Virus record (IMG/VR): IMGVR_UViG_3300020474_000010
Coordinates: 1-63,316 of that record
Length of the DNA stretch: 63,316 nt
DNA from: a virus
Taxonomy: Duplodnaviria > Caudoviricetes
Reading direction: 5' to 3' (one strand)
In this document: piece after piece, positions 19,701 through 27,926 of the stretch
Layout of the letters: the number at the start of each line of letters is the position of its first letter
How positions within the stretch are numbered: the stretch's first letter is position 1
Made by a program: the position numbers and the translations under genes
Notes under the pieces: model-generated
Database searches by the model: none
Told to the model about the DNA's origin: nothing
What the model saw: only the letters and a program-made list of their open reading frames with translations

Positions 19701-22700
19701 GCAGCAACAGTGTTGCTTGCTTGATAATCAGCACCACTATTTTGAATAGTAAACCTACCAATACCCTGATCATTAATTTTAGTAGTGAATGATAATGGAA
19801 TGATATCAATTTCTTGTATAGCACCTAGTTGTACATAATAATTTTTTGTAGTAAGACTATCATCTGGATCAATCTTAACAGTAACTAAATTTCCAATGGA
19901 AAGATCGTGATTAGTTGATGTTGTTACTAGAGCAACTTTAGTATCTACTTTAAAAGGAACTAGTCCTGTGCTCAAACTTTGTGTAGATAGAATCTCAGCA
20001 CCAATAGTGTTGAGTAAGTTGTTACTTCTTAAATAATAACTTGATGTGATAGTGAATGTGCCAGTTAATACTTTGACCTTTACAGAGTTTCTTCTATCAG
20101 TAGTTTCAATTACTTCTCCAGTAGCAATAACAGTAGTTCCATCAGTGTATTCTAAAATTGCACCTTTAGTAAAGGTAGCGTTTGTATTAAGAACAATATT
20201 TAATGATACTGTAGATGAATCAAATAAACCAGTAGAGTCAAATGTTCCACCGACAATATTTTTAAGTACAATAAACTTAGCATCTAATACATCACCAACA
20301 GCAGTACCAGAAACACCTGATGATGGTTGACTGATTGTATCTCCATCAAATATGTAACAATTCTCTGTGATTTGTAATGTAGCAACTTTTTGAGAAGCAA
20401 CTTCTTCGTTAGTTGCTTGTATAGTAGAAACAGTTTTTCCTTTGATCTGTGAAATAGATCCTCTAGCATCACGACCATTAGTATCAGTATTATCTAGTAC
20501 AACTGTACTACCTACTGAGAGGTTACTAGAAGACCCGTATACACTGAAAGACTCTACACTACCTGTTGATACATCTTTTGTTTTTGCTCTTGTTACAAGA
20601 CCGTTATCAGGGGTATTAGATCTTCTAATTCTAATAGATGCCTCTGGTAAATCAGCATGAGTTTGAAACTCATTATAATTTGCTGATAATGGAAGACTGT
20701 AAAAATTATCACCTAACAAATAAGGATATGCAGGATCTCCATTAACATCTTCAGTAGCAAAGTATGCATAGACACCATTAGGATATTCTGGTGTTACACA
20801 AAATCTACCATTGTTTCTATCAACATCACCAAGTCTATCTGCATAGTAGTAATCCTGAATAAAAGAACCTAAAGGATAAGTTACAACAGAAGGTCCATTG
20901 GAACGTGTAGTTCTCTTCCTGAAACCAGATTCAATCCTTTTAATTGCAGAAGTGTTATCAACTGGATCAGTGTAACCATAAGGACCGTAGATTGGATTAC
21001 CATCATAAGCAAAACCAATAATAGGAGAATGATTAGAACTAGTATCATTGAGACTAGTCTTTAAAGAAGGTGGATATGCAACTACACCATAATTTCTAAA
21101 CCCTCTAGAATTTAAGAATGAAAATCCATACTCTGTATCTTTATCATTACCTACAGTTTCATATCTGTTCTTGATCCATTCAAAAATAGATGCTGTTGCT
21201 GTTGCAGCAGATCCAGATGGAATTATTTCAATTAGAACTTCACCAGCAGTATAAAAAGAACCACCATTAGTTTTAACTAACTCTGTAATCTGTCCAGTAG
21301 CAGACACTGTTGCATGATAGTCTGCAAATCTACCTCTACCCTTTCTATCAGTAATTCTAATTGTAGGAGGAGCAGAATAATATTCACCAGGATCTGTAAT
21401 TGTAATGCTTGTAATTTCACCCGCAGTTACAACAGCATTCAATACAGCATTTCTACCAGATACAATATCTACAGTAGGTGCTGTTGTGTAACTACCAGGT
21501 GTATCAATTGTTACAGACTCTACAACTAAACCAGACATATTAGCTGTTGCTAAGTATGGTGTATTATTAACTAGAACAAATGGAGGTCTAGTATATCCAG
21601 TTCCTTGATTGTCTACCTTAATAGAAGTAATAGGTCCTGTGAGTACACTGTCCTCATGTTTATGGCTATATGCTAGTACACCATCAATAAAAATACCAAC
21701 ATCTTTTCTACTTGTCTCATAAGTCTCAGTTGTAGTCTCAGGAGACTTGCGAATGGTTCTCAATAAGGGTTGGTCTACTGGAGTATCACTAGCAGGAATA
21801 GTTTGATTGAAGAATACAGTTCTTCCTACAGGGAATCCGCTAGAGCAGATATAGTAATTATTATCATCCTCAAAAATCTCAGTGATACCAGGGATTGTCT
21901 TAGTATTAGCATTAGTAGTTCTAGTATCTCCACTTTGTACAACATCAGTTGAAATAGGAAACTTCCATCTAATAGTATTACTAGATGTCTTAATGATAGG
22001 ATCTACAGTATCAAAACCAGATTTCTCTACATTGATTACTTCATTCTCAATACCATATGGTGTAGATGTTTTAGGAATTAAGTTGTATACAACACCTAAA
22101 GGTATTAAAGATACATCACCAGATTTAATTACTGTATTACTATAAATTCTTGAACTAACAGCATGTGCAGTAGAAAGAGATCTATTCTTAATAACAAACT
22201 TTCTAGCAGTTTTTGATGCATAATTAATAAGTTCGTTATTAATATAAAAAGATCCTTCTTTATCCCAATCAAATGTTGAATCTACTTCAATAGTATCACC
22301 AACAGTATCTGAAGTAGAAATAATTTTTGTTAGAGTAGTTTTATTAGCAAGAGAGAATGTATTATTGATTGTTTCTCTATTGAGAATCACATCCCACATC
22401 TGTACACCATCTACAACCTGCTCTTTGATAACATTCTCAACAACAGCAGATGCATTACCTTCTGTAATAGTTTGACCAATCACATCTTCTGGGTTTCCAC
22501 TTAGAGCAGCAACTCTAAGAGAATAAACGTTAGTCCAATCAGATTCAGATGCTTTTAGTGTAGTTTCTTTTGGATAGTAAACATCTGTATCACCACTATT
22601 GATTAGAGCGTTGAATAGGAACTGTATAGAACGCTTTGTACCTTTTGCTTTATAGAAAGATCCAATGTTCTTGATAAGAGTTCTTTTATCAATCTCACCT

Positions 22701-23230
22701 CTTAGATACTTTTCTGGAATCCCTGCAAGATATTCTGACTCAAATCCTTGAATCAGACTATATAAGAACAAATTGCTTAAATTTTGTACTGGTGAATCTA
22801 CAGCATGATTGTCCGCTACCGTAGAAACAAAATTAGATGTATTGTATAGGTCTCCAAGTTTTATATTGCCATGTACACCTCGTCTTAGACCATCTAGAGA
22901 TGTCTCAGTCTTCGACGTATAAAAAATAATCTCATCATCAATTTTTACTAGTCCTTGATCAGGATACCCTTCTGTGGATAGTACATTTATACTAGTCTGT
23001 GAATTGCTAATAGCAGATGATAGAGTTGTTGTAGCAAATACTGACTTATCATAAAAGTTAATATCACGATAAGTAGACAGATTATTAATAATGTCTAGAA
23101 TACCACCTCTTACTTCCTGTTGCCCATAGTAAGACTTAAGAAAACTACCAAATAACTGATAATCCTCTACAATGAAATTAGGTAACTGACTTTCAATCAG
23201 ATATGATATATTTCTAGACTTTAAGTTCAT
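13748..23230 (-). CDS. gp7: Baseplate wedge initiator gp7-like, enlarged (contains YHYH-like domain)
   Basis: 3160 aa; IESQLPNFI, FYKAKGT..SIQFLF, YQDYSYVI..WRDLIKDSVHPAGFKMFG; HSPIIGFAYDGNPIYGPYG; lies between gp6 and gp8. Confidence 0.85.
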   Translation of the reverse strand: MNLKSRNISYLIESQLPNFIVEDYQLFGSFLKSYYGQQEVRGGILDIINNLSTYRDINFYDKSVFATTTLSSAISNSQTSINVLSTEGYPDQGLVKIDDEIIFYTSKTETSLDGLRRGVHGNIKLGDLYNTSNFVSTVADNHAVDSPVQNLSNLFLYSLIQGFESEYLAGIPEKYLRGEIDKRTLIKNIGSFYKAKGTKRSIQFLFNALINSGDTDVYYPKETTLKASESDWTNVYSLRVAALSGNPEDVIGQTITEGNASAVVENVIKEQVVDGVQMWDVILNRETINNTFSLANKTTLTKIISTSDTVGDTIEVDSTFDWDKEGSFYINNELINYASKTARKFVIKNRSLSTAHAVSSRIYSNTVIKSGDVSLIPLGVVYNLIPKTSTPYGIENEVINVEKSGFDTVDPIIKTSSNTIRWKFPISTDVVQSGDTRTTNANTKTIPGITEIFEDDNNYYICSSGFPVGRTVFFNQTIPASDTPVDQPLLRTIRKSPETTTETYETSRKDVGIFIDGVLAYSHKHEDSVLTGPITSIKVDNQGTGYTRPPFVLVNNTPYLATANMSGLVVESVTIDTPGSYTTAPTVDIVSGRNAVLNAVVTAGEITSITITDPGEYYSAPPTIRITDRKGRGRFADYHATVSATGQITELVKTNGGSFYTAGEVLIEIIPSGSAATATASIFEWIKNRYETVGNDKDTEYGFSFLNSRGFRNYGVVAYPPSLKTSLNDTSSNHSPIIGFAYDGNPIYGPYGYTDPVDNTSAIKRIESGFRKRTTRSNGPSVVTYPLGSFIQDYYYADRLGDVDRNNGRFCVTPEYPNGVYAYFATEDVNGDPAYPYLLGDNFYSLPLSANYNEFQTHADLPEASIRIRRSNTPDNGLVTRAKTKDVSTGSVESFSVYGSSSNLSVGSTVVLDNTDTNGRDARGSISQIKGKTVSTIQATNEEVASQKVATLQITENCYIFDGDTISQPSSGVSGTAVGDVLDAKFIVLKNIVGGTFDSTGLFDSSTVSLNIVLNTNATFTKGAILEYTDGTTVIATGEVIETTDRRNSVKVKVLTGTFTITSSYYLRSNNLLNTIGAEILSTQSLSTGLVPFKVDTKVALVTTSTNHDLSIGNLVTVKIDPDDSLTTKNYYVQLGAIQEIDIIPLSFTTKINDQGIGRFTIQNSGADYQASNTVAAVALSGGSGTGATANITTNSDGKVSTIVLVDKGTGYKLGDILSVPDVALSKSGSAPADSQDVQIRIEHIGFGAGENLLTVLDVSNIADNDYLSIGDEILQVTDVRETTKQLVVTRGQKGTTAQDHYHNVDVSLNVPDYRFTVGDSIPITGNSTLDPVVVSYSNGKLVVEHNQNFFTTGTYDDYKVGLGASFFDTSVPKKLVKLEQVSDYIIVTKISENANGPYQISPNIQFQDHYQYKFDLSHFTNVHSEFLISPSKSDNIIAPELVRQGTPGTANACLYAKFGYGPRLGTVNLAGTLTDRKEQLYQRYYYKSIVTTTSAGVQSIRIGPTSVIRDEDNYVEIVQDPLQGQHEVVFVTPTQFVYSMDTLPRWYGTGSISYTTSGVNAVGEVAEVSVANLGTGYKKVPAVLGAAMRALDEAHVTAQWDSVNKNIAGVTINTIGRNYSIPKVIVTDGDGAEVVFDILKTSANGLANVVVTNKGKNYTYKPTLKVIESDLRVYAKSNSIGVTKNVEIEFSGSGLWNDSSLQRRHSSSIALILNTTDDFLSGEQITQGSTTGIVSNKGWRKGSNVLKVKILTGEFVKGAAITGVSSGSIGAIDDILETEFTVDTRSYFDNLGKFGSDKGKVGVKTHKVADNNFYQDYSYVIESTTGINNWRDLIKDSVHPAGFKMFGELNLDISASVRINDNTNTGQVSQLNLWNENENNTSVTNTTRQIVNTINLNKDINILRGAGSVVEQAFDARGLTAKEIILEPAFDGIFDFMGLQRGTRDFVIKDKKTGQSVSPYNAMALTITLDGVLQEPEVAYTISGDTLRFAKAPLGPRTENNATIPAQKFIGRQFEYKDAAKNGQYLKKVRQIFQKEGTWIDAANQLRFNRAFIQEEAIGYAKATYPSVSWNTLETKCVRDIGLIVDSFEHDLRYGGNQKTVEAAESYYNNGALAYINAQLTESLATYKYTMNLCVAAMRNWDISLQNCTVTPGSDVITLPSMLGICIGMNVSSGGQFDQPTIITEILSGNQVRVSRSANSNYSGQTISTVVTTTGQTNYGPTQVTNTGTLNVGVGSTVTIYNTVNNINQVTFSFSRINNGTYMDAARLIEKNRSYITEETIGWTKQTYPNLSIPDEDKCVRDTGILVDAFVYHLRYGGNFKVVDFAEFYFKKSQLAYISSEKAESIAAYKYATDLMVLAMRQNLPTGQHTIFVPFTDTTVLPDPNGSFAAQCADVEQSLKSYIDIVEEILLKGPYIIEKTPDNNQRTGNWATSRTFSNLNILPGNYDGGPGLFAECSDVQSALDSLYSNIETVLNGGTATKSLPDYFNGENVEFELYYNDNTIVNTSAKEDLFVVINGVFQNAKYDDTFPRVNAYSIKRVDGSDPDRIVFAEAPKWEQELNTLTVQEPLAVEKFYAHNVGRYLRLQIDENNLNGKARGPFIMKDEETKDAVVVDDDRFLLVFVDGVLQEREKAYSINESSITFSKGPRAGQSVDMMLLVGDNQDQLLDAFNVDTDSFYNEVTVSITGTDQYSTFVSLINGRDNAPVYQKFNIGQPNVITKTIGEVKYWETTSTGWKFVMLTSMNPEIDLTEPLRISKGLDFGGAFDLLDLSSATATITYNDRDDRRYLRKNTASWLYHHDKPTIQDLEPGDRIQIDGEEEYRIVKNVPNELASLAYNPNTQLSDVVGIVSVSNYNGVTSGEGLDVVANIVGGVVTSLTWNQRDITKNPTASGYSIAPQLVFESVDQAGGGAKAEVICEGGDVIDVILTQGGSGYTTAPKVNITRGYNIIKKHRQFDTKYQKTINRLAPAALATFASSAVVVDELKHERIEQTEVLSSPYNSLREVLLTKSLHRDASAITTTHAVTLTTQRPPQTSTLATGSVTLLNNIKQITLTQGISTSSATTVHLPTFTPPAISMGSVAAANVYNASVLDVDYTAADPNVFATTSGFPASGIIQVGLYQLEYSSKLSDRFVIDYTSSSTTQPTTGGTVTASSVIRLV

Positions 23231-25029
23231 TCTGCAACAGCATTAAAGTTGGACTTTGAGATATCAACATCAAGATAAACTTCACGCATAGCATTTACAT
23301 CCTTAGATGCAGGTTCTACACGAATTTCAATTTTGTTATCAGAATAACTACCTGAGATAATGGTTAAGTTGTACAGTTGAATTTCACCTTTAGCATAATT
23401 AATTTCACCGACTTCTTTCTGTACGTATACCTTTTCACCAGTTAGAGAATTCAGTCTATATAGGTCAATTTTACCAAATGTATCGTCTTCCAAATACACG
23501 GTAAATGTTGGGTATTCAGAAACAACAAATCCAGTAGACTTCATGACTGAATTATCACAAGAAGTTTTAAACTCATTTAAAAAACACAACTCATAGTAGA
23601 ACGTAGAGTTGAGTGTTGGATAGAAGTCTTTTCTTAATGTAACATTTGTTACATTTGATGTAATTGAAGAATCTGCACCATCAATCACTGCAGCATATCT
23701 AGAATGACGGAATCTACCGTTAAACTTCTCAGTTTGACTAGATGCAGTATATTCATCGACTGCTGTTGTAACTTTTTTACTAATCTCAGATTTAGTCTCA
23801 GTAGTCTTAGAAGAATTGTAACTTACAGTAGAGTTTAGTTCAATGTATAGAATAGAAGGGTCAATTATCTCAGGTGTAACTGATGCAATCACATAATCCT
23901 TCAATTTATTTTTAATGCTTTGTTTTGTATATGAAGATAGAAAACTTCCTACCTTTGGTTTGATAGCAATCTTAACTTTACCAAACTCAGGAGGATCATC
24001 TTGCTCTCCACCAAATGTAATAATGTCTGAGGTTGCTGGATATACCTTTCTAATTACAGATGCGTAATCATCGCTTGTAACTGCCCTGTCTTGAGCAGCA
24101 AATGTTTTAGGAGCAGAATACTTAATAGAAGACACAGACTCAATTGCAGCACCTCCTTGTGCCTCTGCAGAGGTTGTTACGGTTGGAGTAAACTGAAACT
24201 GTGATCCTGACTTATTTGTTACTATACCAGAAAATGTAAATGTCTTAGCACCGTTTGCATCTTCACCATCAGTCACAACATAAGTAACTTCTACAAAATT
24301 ATTGTGTAATAATTTCTTACCATATACTCCATCACCAAAGAATACCTCATATTGTTCATCAAGACCTTCTTCAACAAAGAAAACCTTAGAAGTTCCGTCC
24401 AAGTCTAAAATATTCTCTGCAACGTCATATGTCTCATAAGATGTGCTACTCTCAGTTTCATATACTCTAATTCTGATTGTAGATGTATCAAGACCAGGAT
24501 TATTAAGAATAAACTTCTGTTTTTTAAGTCCAGTATTAATTGTAAACGATTGCTTAATTAAATTTCCTTCATAAGCATCAACTACACCAAAATTAGCAAC
24601 GTTACCACTAAGAGGTGCTTCGTGATCATCAATTACTACAAACTGATAGATAGCATCATCAAATGCTGTACTAAAACCAGTTCCTCTTTGTAGTAAAACT
24701 GTACTAGGTGCTGTTCCTCCTCCTTGATACGTTAAAGAGAAATCTAACTTAGCAATAGGTGCAGTAGTAGACCTAGGTCGATATCCAATCTGTTTCGCTA
24801 ATGATATTACGTTGTCCCTGAGAGATGCAGAGTCCAAGAACATCTCATTGATCACCATGTTCGTATTGAACGCAGTGTAATAGGTATTGTATGCTAGTAC
24901 ATCTAGCATTGTGCTCATAGTTGATCCTTCAAAGTCGTAATCAGTGAAATCACTGTTCGCTCTAAGATAGTCAACTAGAGATGATTTGATGTCTGCGAAG
25001 TCTAGATTCGCAAGTTGAGTATAAGGCAT
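23227..25029 (-). CDS. gp6: Baseplate wedge subunit gp6
   Basis: 600 aa; LDFADIK..L, DYDFEGS..LDVLAYNT..NEMFLDSA..R, QDRAVT..DY. Confidence 0.95.
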   Translation of the reverse strand: MPYTQLANLDFADIKSSLVDYLRANSDFTDYDFEGSTMSTMLDVLAYNTYYTAFNTNMVINEMFLDSASLRDNVISLAKQIGYRPRSTTAPIAKLDFSLTYQGGGTAPSTVLLQRGTGFSTAFDDAIYQFVVIDDHEAPLSGNVANFGVVDAYEGNLIKQSFTINTGLKKQKFILNNPGLDTSTIRIRVYETESSTSYETYDVAENILDLDGTSKVFFVEEGLDEQYEVFFGDGVYGKKLLHNNFVEVTYVVTDGEDANGAKTFTFSGIVTNKSGSQFQFTPTVTTSAEAQGGAAIESVSSIKYSAPKTFAAQDRAVTSDDYASVIRKVYPATSDIITFGGEQDDPPEFGKVKIAIKPKVGSFLSSYTKQSIKNKLKDYVIASVTPEIIDPSILYIELNSTVSYNSSKTTETKSEISKKVTTAVDEYTASSQTEKFNGRFRHSRYAAVIDGADSSITSNVTNVTLRKDFYPTLNSTFYYELCFLNEFKTSCDNSVMKSTGFVVSEYPTFTVYLEDDTFGKIDLYRLNSLTGEKVYVQKEVGEINYAKGEIQLYNLTIISGSYSDNKIEIRVEPASKDVNAMREVYLDVDISKSNFNAVAE

Positions 25030-25424
25030 TACTGACTACGATTTAAAAAGAATTCTATGGATATTGCTGGTATATCAGCACGACTTAAAACTAGAAAGTC
25101 AAGTCGCACGTCAAAACCATTAGCATCAAAATTAGGTTCGACTAAGCATCTCTCTACAGAGACTCTTGGTTCGTAAGTATCTATTGTCCTAATAATATTA
25201 TCTTTAATACTACCAGCAGTACCAAAATCTAGAGGTTCAAATAAATGACTCTTAAGATCAGATCCATATTGAGCATCGTATAATCTTTCGCCTTTTTCAG
25301 TTAGTAATAAATTTAAAATTGCCTGTTTTACTGCAGCATCTTCCTTCTTTACCAAAAGGTCATCAGTGACCTTATTTTTGGCGAAAGAAAGAGAAAGATC
25401 TTTAAACGGTACAGTCGAAGGCAT
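25029..25424 (-). CDS. gp25: Baseplate wedge protein gp25 (GPW_gp25 family)
   Basis: 131 aa; AVKQAILNLLLTEKGER....YGS.L...LFEP, YEPRV. Confidence 0.92.
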   Translation of the reverse strand: MPSTVPFKDLSLSFAKNKVTDDLLVKKEDAAVKQAILNLLLTEKGERLYDAQYGSDLKSHLFEPLDFGTAGSIKDNIIRTIDTYEPRVSVERCLVEPNFDANGFDVRLDFLVLSRADIPAISIEFFLNRSQ

Positions 25425-25446
25425 TAAGTGATTGCTAGTATCACTT

Positions 25447-25454
25447 TATTTAGC
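25447..25454 (-). promoter_or_regulatory. Late promoter-like GCTAAATA
   Basis: About 22 bp upstream of the gp25 start; same variant as at 3241. Confidence 0.6.
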
Positions 25455-25455
25455 G

Positions 25456-25587
25456 TTATTCCGCCAAGTGTTGCGGAACCTCTTTTTCCTTCTTAAGTTC
25501 TTCTAACCATTTCTCACCTTCGTATTCTGAGATGAGTTTCTTCCCACTCTTTTTAAACTCTTCACTTTTGTCCACTTTAATTACCAT
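25456..25587 (-). CDS. Small hypothetical protein (MVIKVDKSEEFKKSGKKLISEY...)
   Basis: Internal ATG of ORF 25456..25641 preferred because GATAAATA (25599-25606) lies just upstream. Confidence 0.6.
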   Translation of the reverse strand: MVIKVDKSEEFKKSGKKLISEYEGEKWLEELKKEKEVPQHLAE

Positions 25588-25597
25588 TGCTTTTCTA

Positions 25598-26329
25598 CTA
25601 TTTATCCCTCTTAGGAGCATCATGGAAAAAGAACCCGACATTCATTCGAGTATCATTATCATTGGTATCTTCAAACCTCCAATCCTCAACATGCATACCA
25701 TGATGATACCTTTGCGCATCAAATACAATACAACGATTAAATTCTGCATCAAAGTTCATTAACTTCTCATATCTCTCTTTTGGACGCCATGGTTCCTCAT
25801 GCTCTCTTACATCATCCTCATAATCAGGTTCCAAACATTTGTAGACATTTGTGCCCGTATTATCATTATGATTCAAATATACTAACGCGGAATACCCGTG
25901 ATCACGATGTGGCCACCAATAGTTATTCTCAAAGTCATTAAAAGGATTTCGACTCATTGTAAAACAATTTGAAAGAACTGCTCTACGATCCATGGGAATT
26001 TGATGTACACCCATATACTTTAATACATGAAACAGATGTTCATAAGTAGGGAGAATCATATCACTGTAGAACTCGTGACGCATGTCTTTAAAGTGCTCAC
26101 CGTTATAGTTCTTGATATGACTACGATCTTCCTCCTTTGGTCCTTCGTATTGATTCAATGATGTATTACTGTTACCACTCTCTTTATGAAAGTTTGGTGC
26201 AACGTGATGTAAAAGCGTAATCACATCATCAGGATTCTGAAAGAAGTTATCTATTACACAATATGGAGAATCCTCTAACATTCCATACTGAATGAGTTGA
26301 TTTGGATTGACCTCAAAGAAATTACGCAT
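25598..26329 (-). CDS. Putative 2OG-Fe(II) oxygenase-like protein (DUF6445-like)
   Basis: VIDNFFQNPD, WWPHRD (HxD), YSALVYLN..GT, FNRCIVFD..HHG, R..VGFF. Confidence 0.7.
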   Translation of the reverse strand: MRNFFEVNPNQLIQYGMLEDSPYCVIDNFFQNPDDVITLLHHVAPNFHKESGNSNTSLNQYEGPKEEDRSHIKNYNGEHFKDMRHEFYSDMILPTYEHLFHVLKYMGVHQIPMDRRAVLSNCFTMSRNPFNDFENNYWWPHRDHGYSALVYLNHNDNTGTNVYKCLEPDYEDDVREHEEPWRPKERYEKLMNFDAEFNRCIVFDAQRYHHGMHVEDWRFEDTNDNDTRMNVGFFFHDAPKRDK

Positions 26330-26919
26330 TATGCTAATACTAAATTAAATGAAAATGTTAATCGACCCTTTGGTTTCTGATGTTCCTGTCGATTGAGGAC
26401 TTCATGCTCCAAATAAGGAGGAAACAGAATGATTTGCCCTTCAGTTGGGTGAAAATGGTATAAGTCATACATTGACTCACGAATTCCACTTCTCTCAATA
26501 CCACGATACCTGATTGAACGGAAATGTGTTGAGATTGGATAGAAAGTTGTCGGAGTCGGGTTCTTACTGTAGTAAACACCACTCAGAAACACTGGACGTC
26601 TTCCATCCATGTGATCATGCCTCTCCTGAGACTGATCGTCATGATACATGTTATACCAGAACGTACAAATGTTACAAGGAAGCAATCCTTCTCGAGCAAG
26701 TTCAGTATTACATGCATTCTCTATATCTATCTTCAAACGATCACGCACTTCTGTCGTCACAAAGGAGTCATCGTCAGGAATATGAGGAAATGTGCTATTC
26801 ACCTTACACTTCCACCCTGCAGGTGTGTTATCTACCTTTCCTGGGTCTCTAAAAAAATACTTGCTATGCTTGTTGAAGTTAAAGCATATAATTTGGGTTG
26901 GAAAGATATCAATAATCAT
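26329..26919 (-). CDS. Putative 2OG-Fe(II) oxygenase (TIGR02466-like)
   Basis: IFPT, WYN..QERHDH, LSGVYY, EGQIILFPPYLEHEV, RLTFSFN. Confidence 0.8.
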   Translation of the reverse strand: MIIDIFPTQIICFNFNKHSKYFFRDPGKVDNTPAGWKCKVNSTFPHIPDDDSFVTTEVRDRLKIDIENACNTELAREGLLPCNICTFWYNMYHDDQSQERHDHMDGRRPVFLSGVYYSKNPTPTTFYPISTHFRSIRYRGIERSGIRESMYDLYHFHPTEGQIILFPPYLEHEVLNRQEHQKPKGRLTFSFNLVLA

Positions 26920-27455
26920 TTCAATTTAAACATCACGGGGTTATTCTTGCGAACATGTATATCAGTCGCCATCGTCACTCTTACATCGTCTCCTTCATAT
27001 GATTCAGTCCAGTGAGAGATACCTGCATGAAAGATCAACAACTCACCAACGTGATTCTCATAAGTCTTACCTTCATATATGGTACCACTGCTGGTATCGC
27101 CACCTAGGTATAAATTACATGACGTAAAGGGATGCATATTCACTTGTAATGGATCTCTTCGATCAAAATGCTTATGTGGTTCAATTCGATCTCCTTTTCG
27201 GAAAGCATTGAACCATGCTTGTAACCATTTCCCTCTACCAAACAGAACAAGATACTTCGGAAGTATAATCGGTCCGACGACCTCATCCTGCAACGCATTA
27301 TAATACTGGTAACGTCCAGTTAACTTATCTCCCTTGACGCTAGGGTAATTATGTTCCCCTAACGCCATCAGTTCATCTTCTCTTTCTAATACCCTCTCAT
27401 AACATATAGATGCTTCCCCTTCGGAGAGAAACTCAGGTATTCTAAATACATCCAT
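26916..27455 (-). CDS. Putative 2OG-Fe(II) oxygenase
   Basis: WFN..KGDRIEPHKH, NLYL, GELLIF....SHWT, RVTMA. Confidence 0.7.
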   Translation of the reverse strand: MDVFRIPEFLSEGEASICYERVLEREDELMALGEHNYPSVKGDKLTGRYQYYNALQDEVVGPIILPKYLVLFGRGKWLQAWFNAFRKGDRIEPHKHFDRRDPLQVNMHPFTSCNLYLGGDTSSGTIYEGKTYENHVGELLIFHAGISHWTESYEGDDVRVTMATDIHVRKNNPVMFKLK

Positions 27456-27537
27456 TTCTAATGCGGATCAAAGTATCTTATAAGTGCTCCAGTTCCAACT
27501 ATGAGCACGACTATTATGGTAAGTGCAATCATACAGA

Positions 27538-27669
27538 CTATTCAGAGCTTTCGGCGCTAGCTGCTGCCTCTCTTTCTTCCTTATCAATGTTTCCATCATT
27601 ATCTGTGTCCCAGTCACTACGATACTGTAAGTTCTTTGGTTTCCCAACAGTATAATTAAACTCGGTCAT
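27538..27669 (-). CDS. 43-aa microprotein with canonical EF-hand loop
   Basis: Hand-translated MTEFNYTVGKPKNLQYRSDWDTDNDGNIDKEEREAAASAESSE*; ATGA overlap with the upstream ORF; GAGGA SD-like sequence. Confidence 0.65.
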   Translation of the reverse strand: MTEFNYTVGKPKNLQYRSDWDTDNDGNIDKEEREAAASAESSE

Positions 27670-27806
27670 TTGCCTTGTCCTCGATATGGTTTACGCTTCC
27701 CATTACGGGAGCTTGCACTGTATTTAGTATGCTTACCGTTTCCTTGACGTGTCTTCTTTGGTTGCGCTTCAATTGTCGCAATACCCGATGAAAATCTAAC
27801 TGCCAT
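27666..27806 (-). CDS. 46-aa very basic protein
   Basis: Hand-translated MAVRFSSGIATIEAQPKKTRQGNGKHTKYSASSRNGKRKPYRGQGK*; resembles small basic proteins seen next to PAAR genes in cyanomyoviruses. Confidence 0.7.
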   Translation of the reverse strand: MAVRFSSGIATIEAQPKKTRQGNGKHTKYSASSRNGKRKPYRGQGK

Positions 27807-27829
27807 ATTGTATTATCTCTATAGAAAAG

Positions 27830-27903
27830 TGAGCAACACATTTACTTATCCGCTAGTCTTCGAGATGACAGATTGCTTTCAATCAAAGAGGTCGTGTTAC
27901 TCA
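27830..27903 (-). ncRNA. Candidate structured leader RNA / small RNA
   Basis: 10-bp closing stem UGAGUAACAC/GUGUUGCUCA enclosing a GAUUG-AAAG-CAAUC hairpin; starts just downstream of the extended -10 TGnTATAAT (27909-27917). Confidence 0.5.
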
Positions 27904-27926
27904 ATGATATTATATCACAAAATCAA

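Noticed and set aside
3324-22145. Plus-strand and nested ORFs over structural genes
   Set aside because: Shadow ORFs caused by codon bias of the long minus-strand genes; no promoters, RBSs or motifs.
27656-27841. 61-aa ORF MCCSLFY... from the track
   Set aside because: It starts inside the RNA stem; the alternative frame 27666..27806 is more protein-like and is coupled to the next gene.
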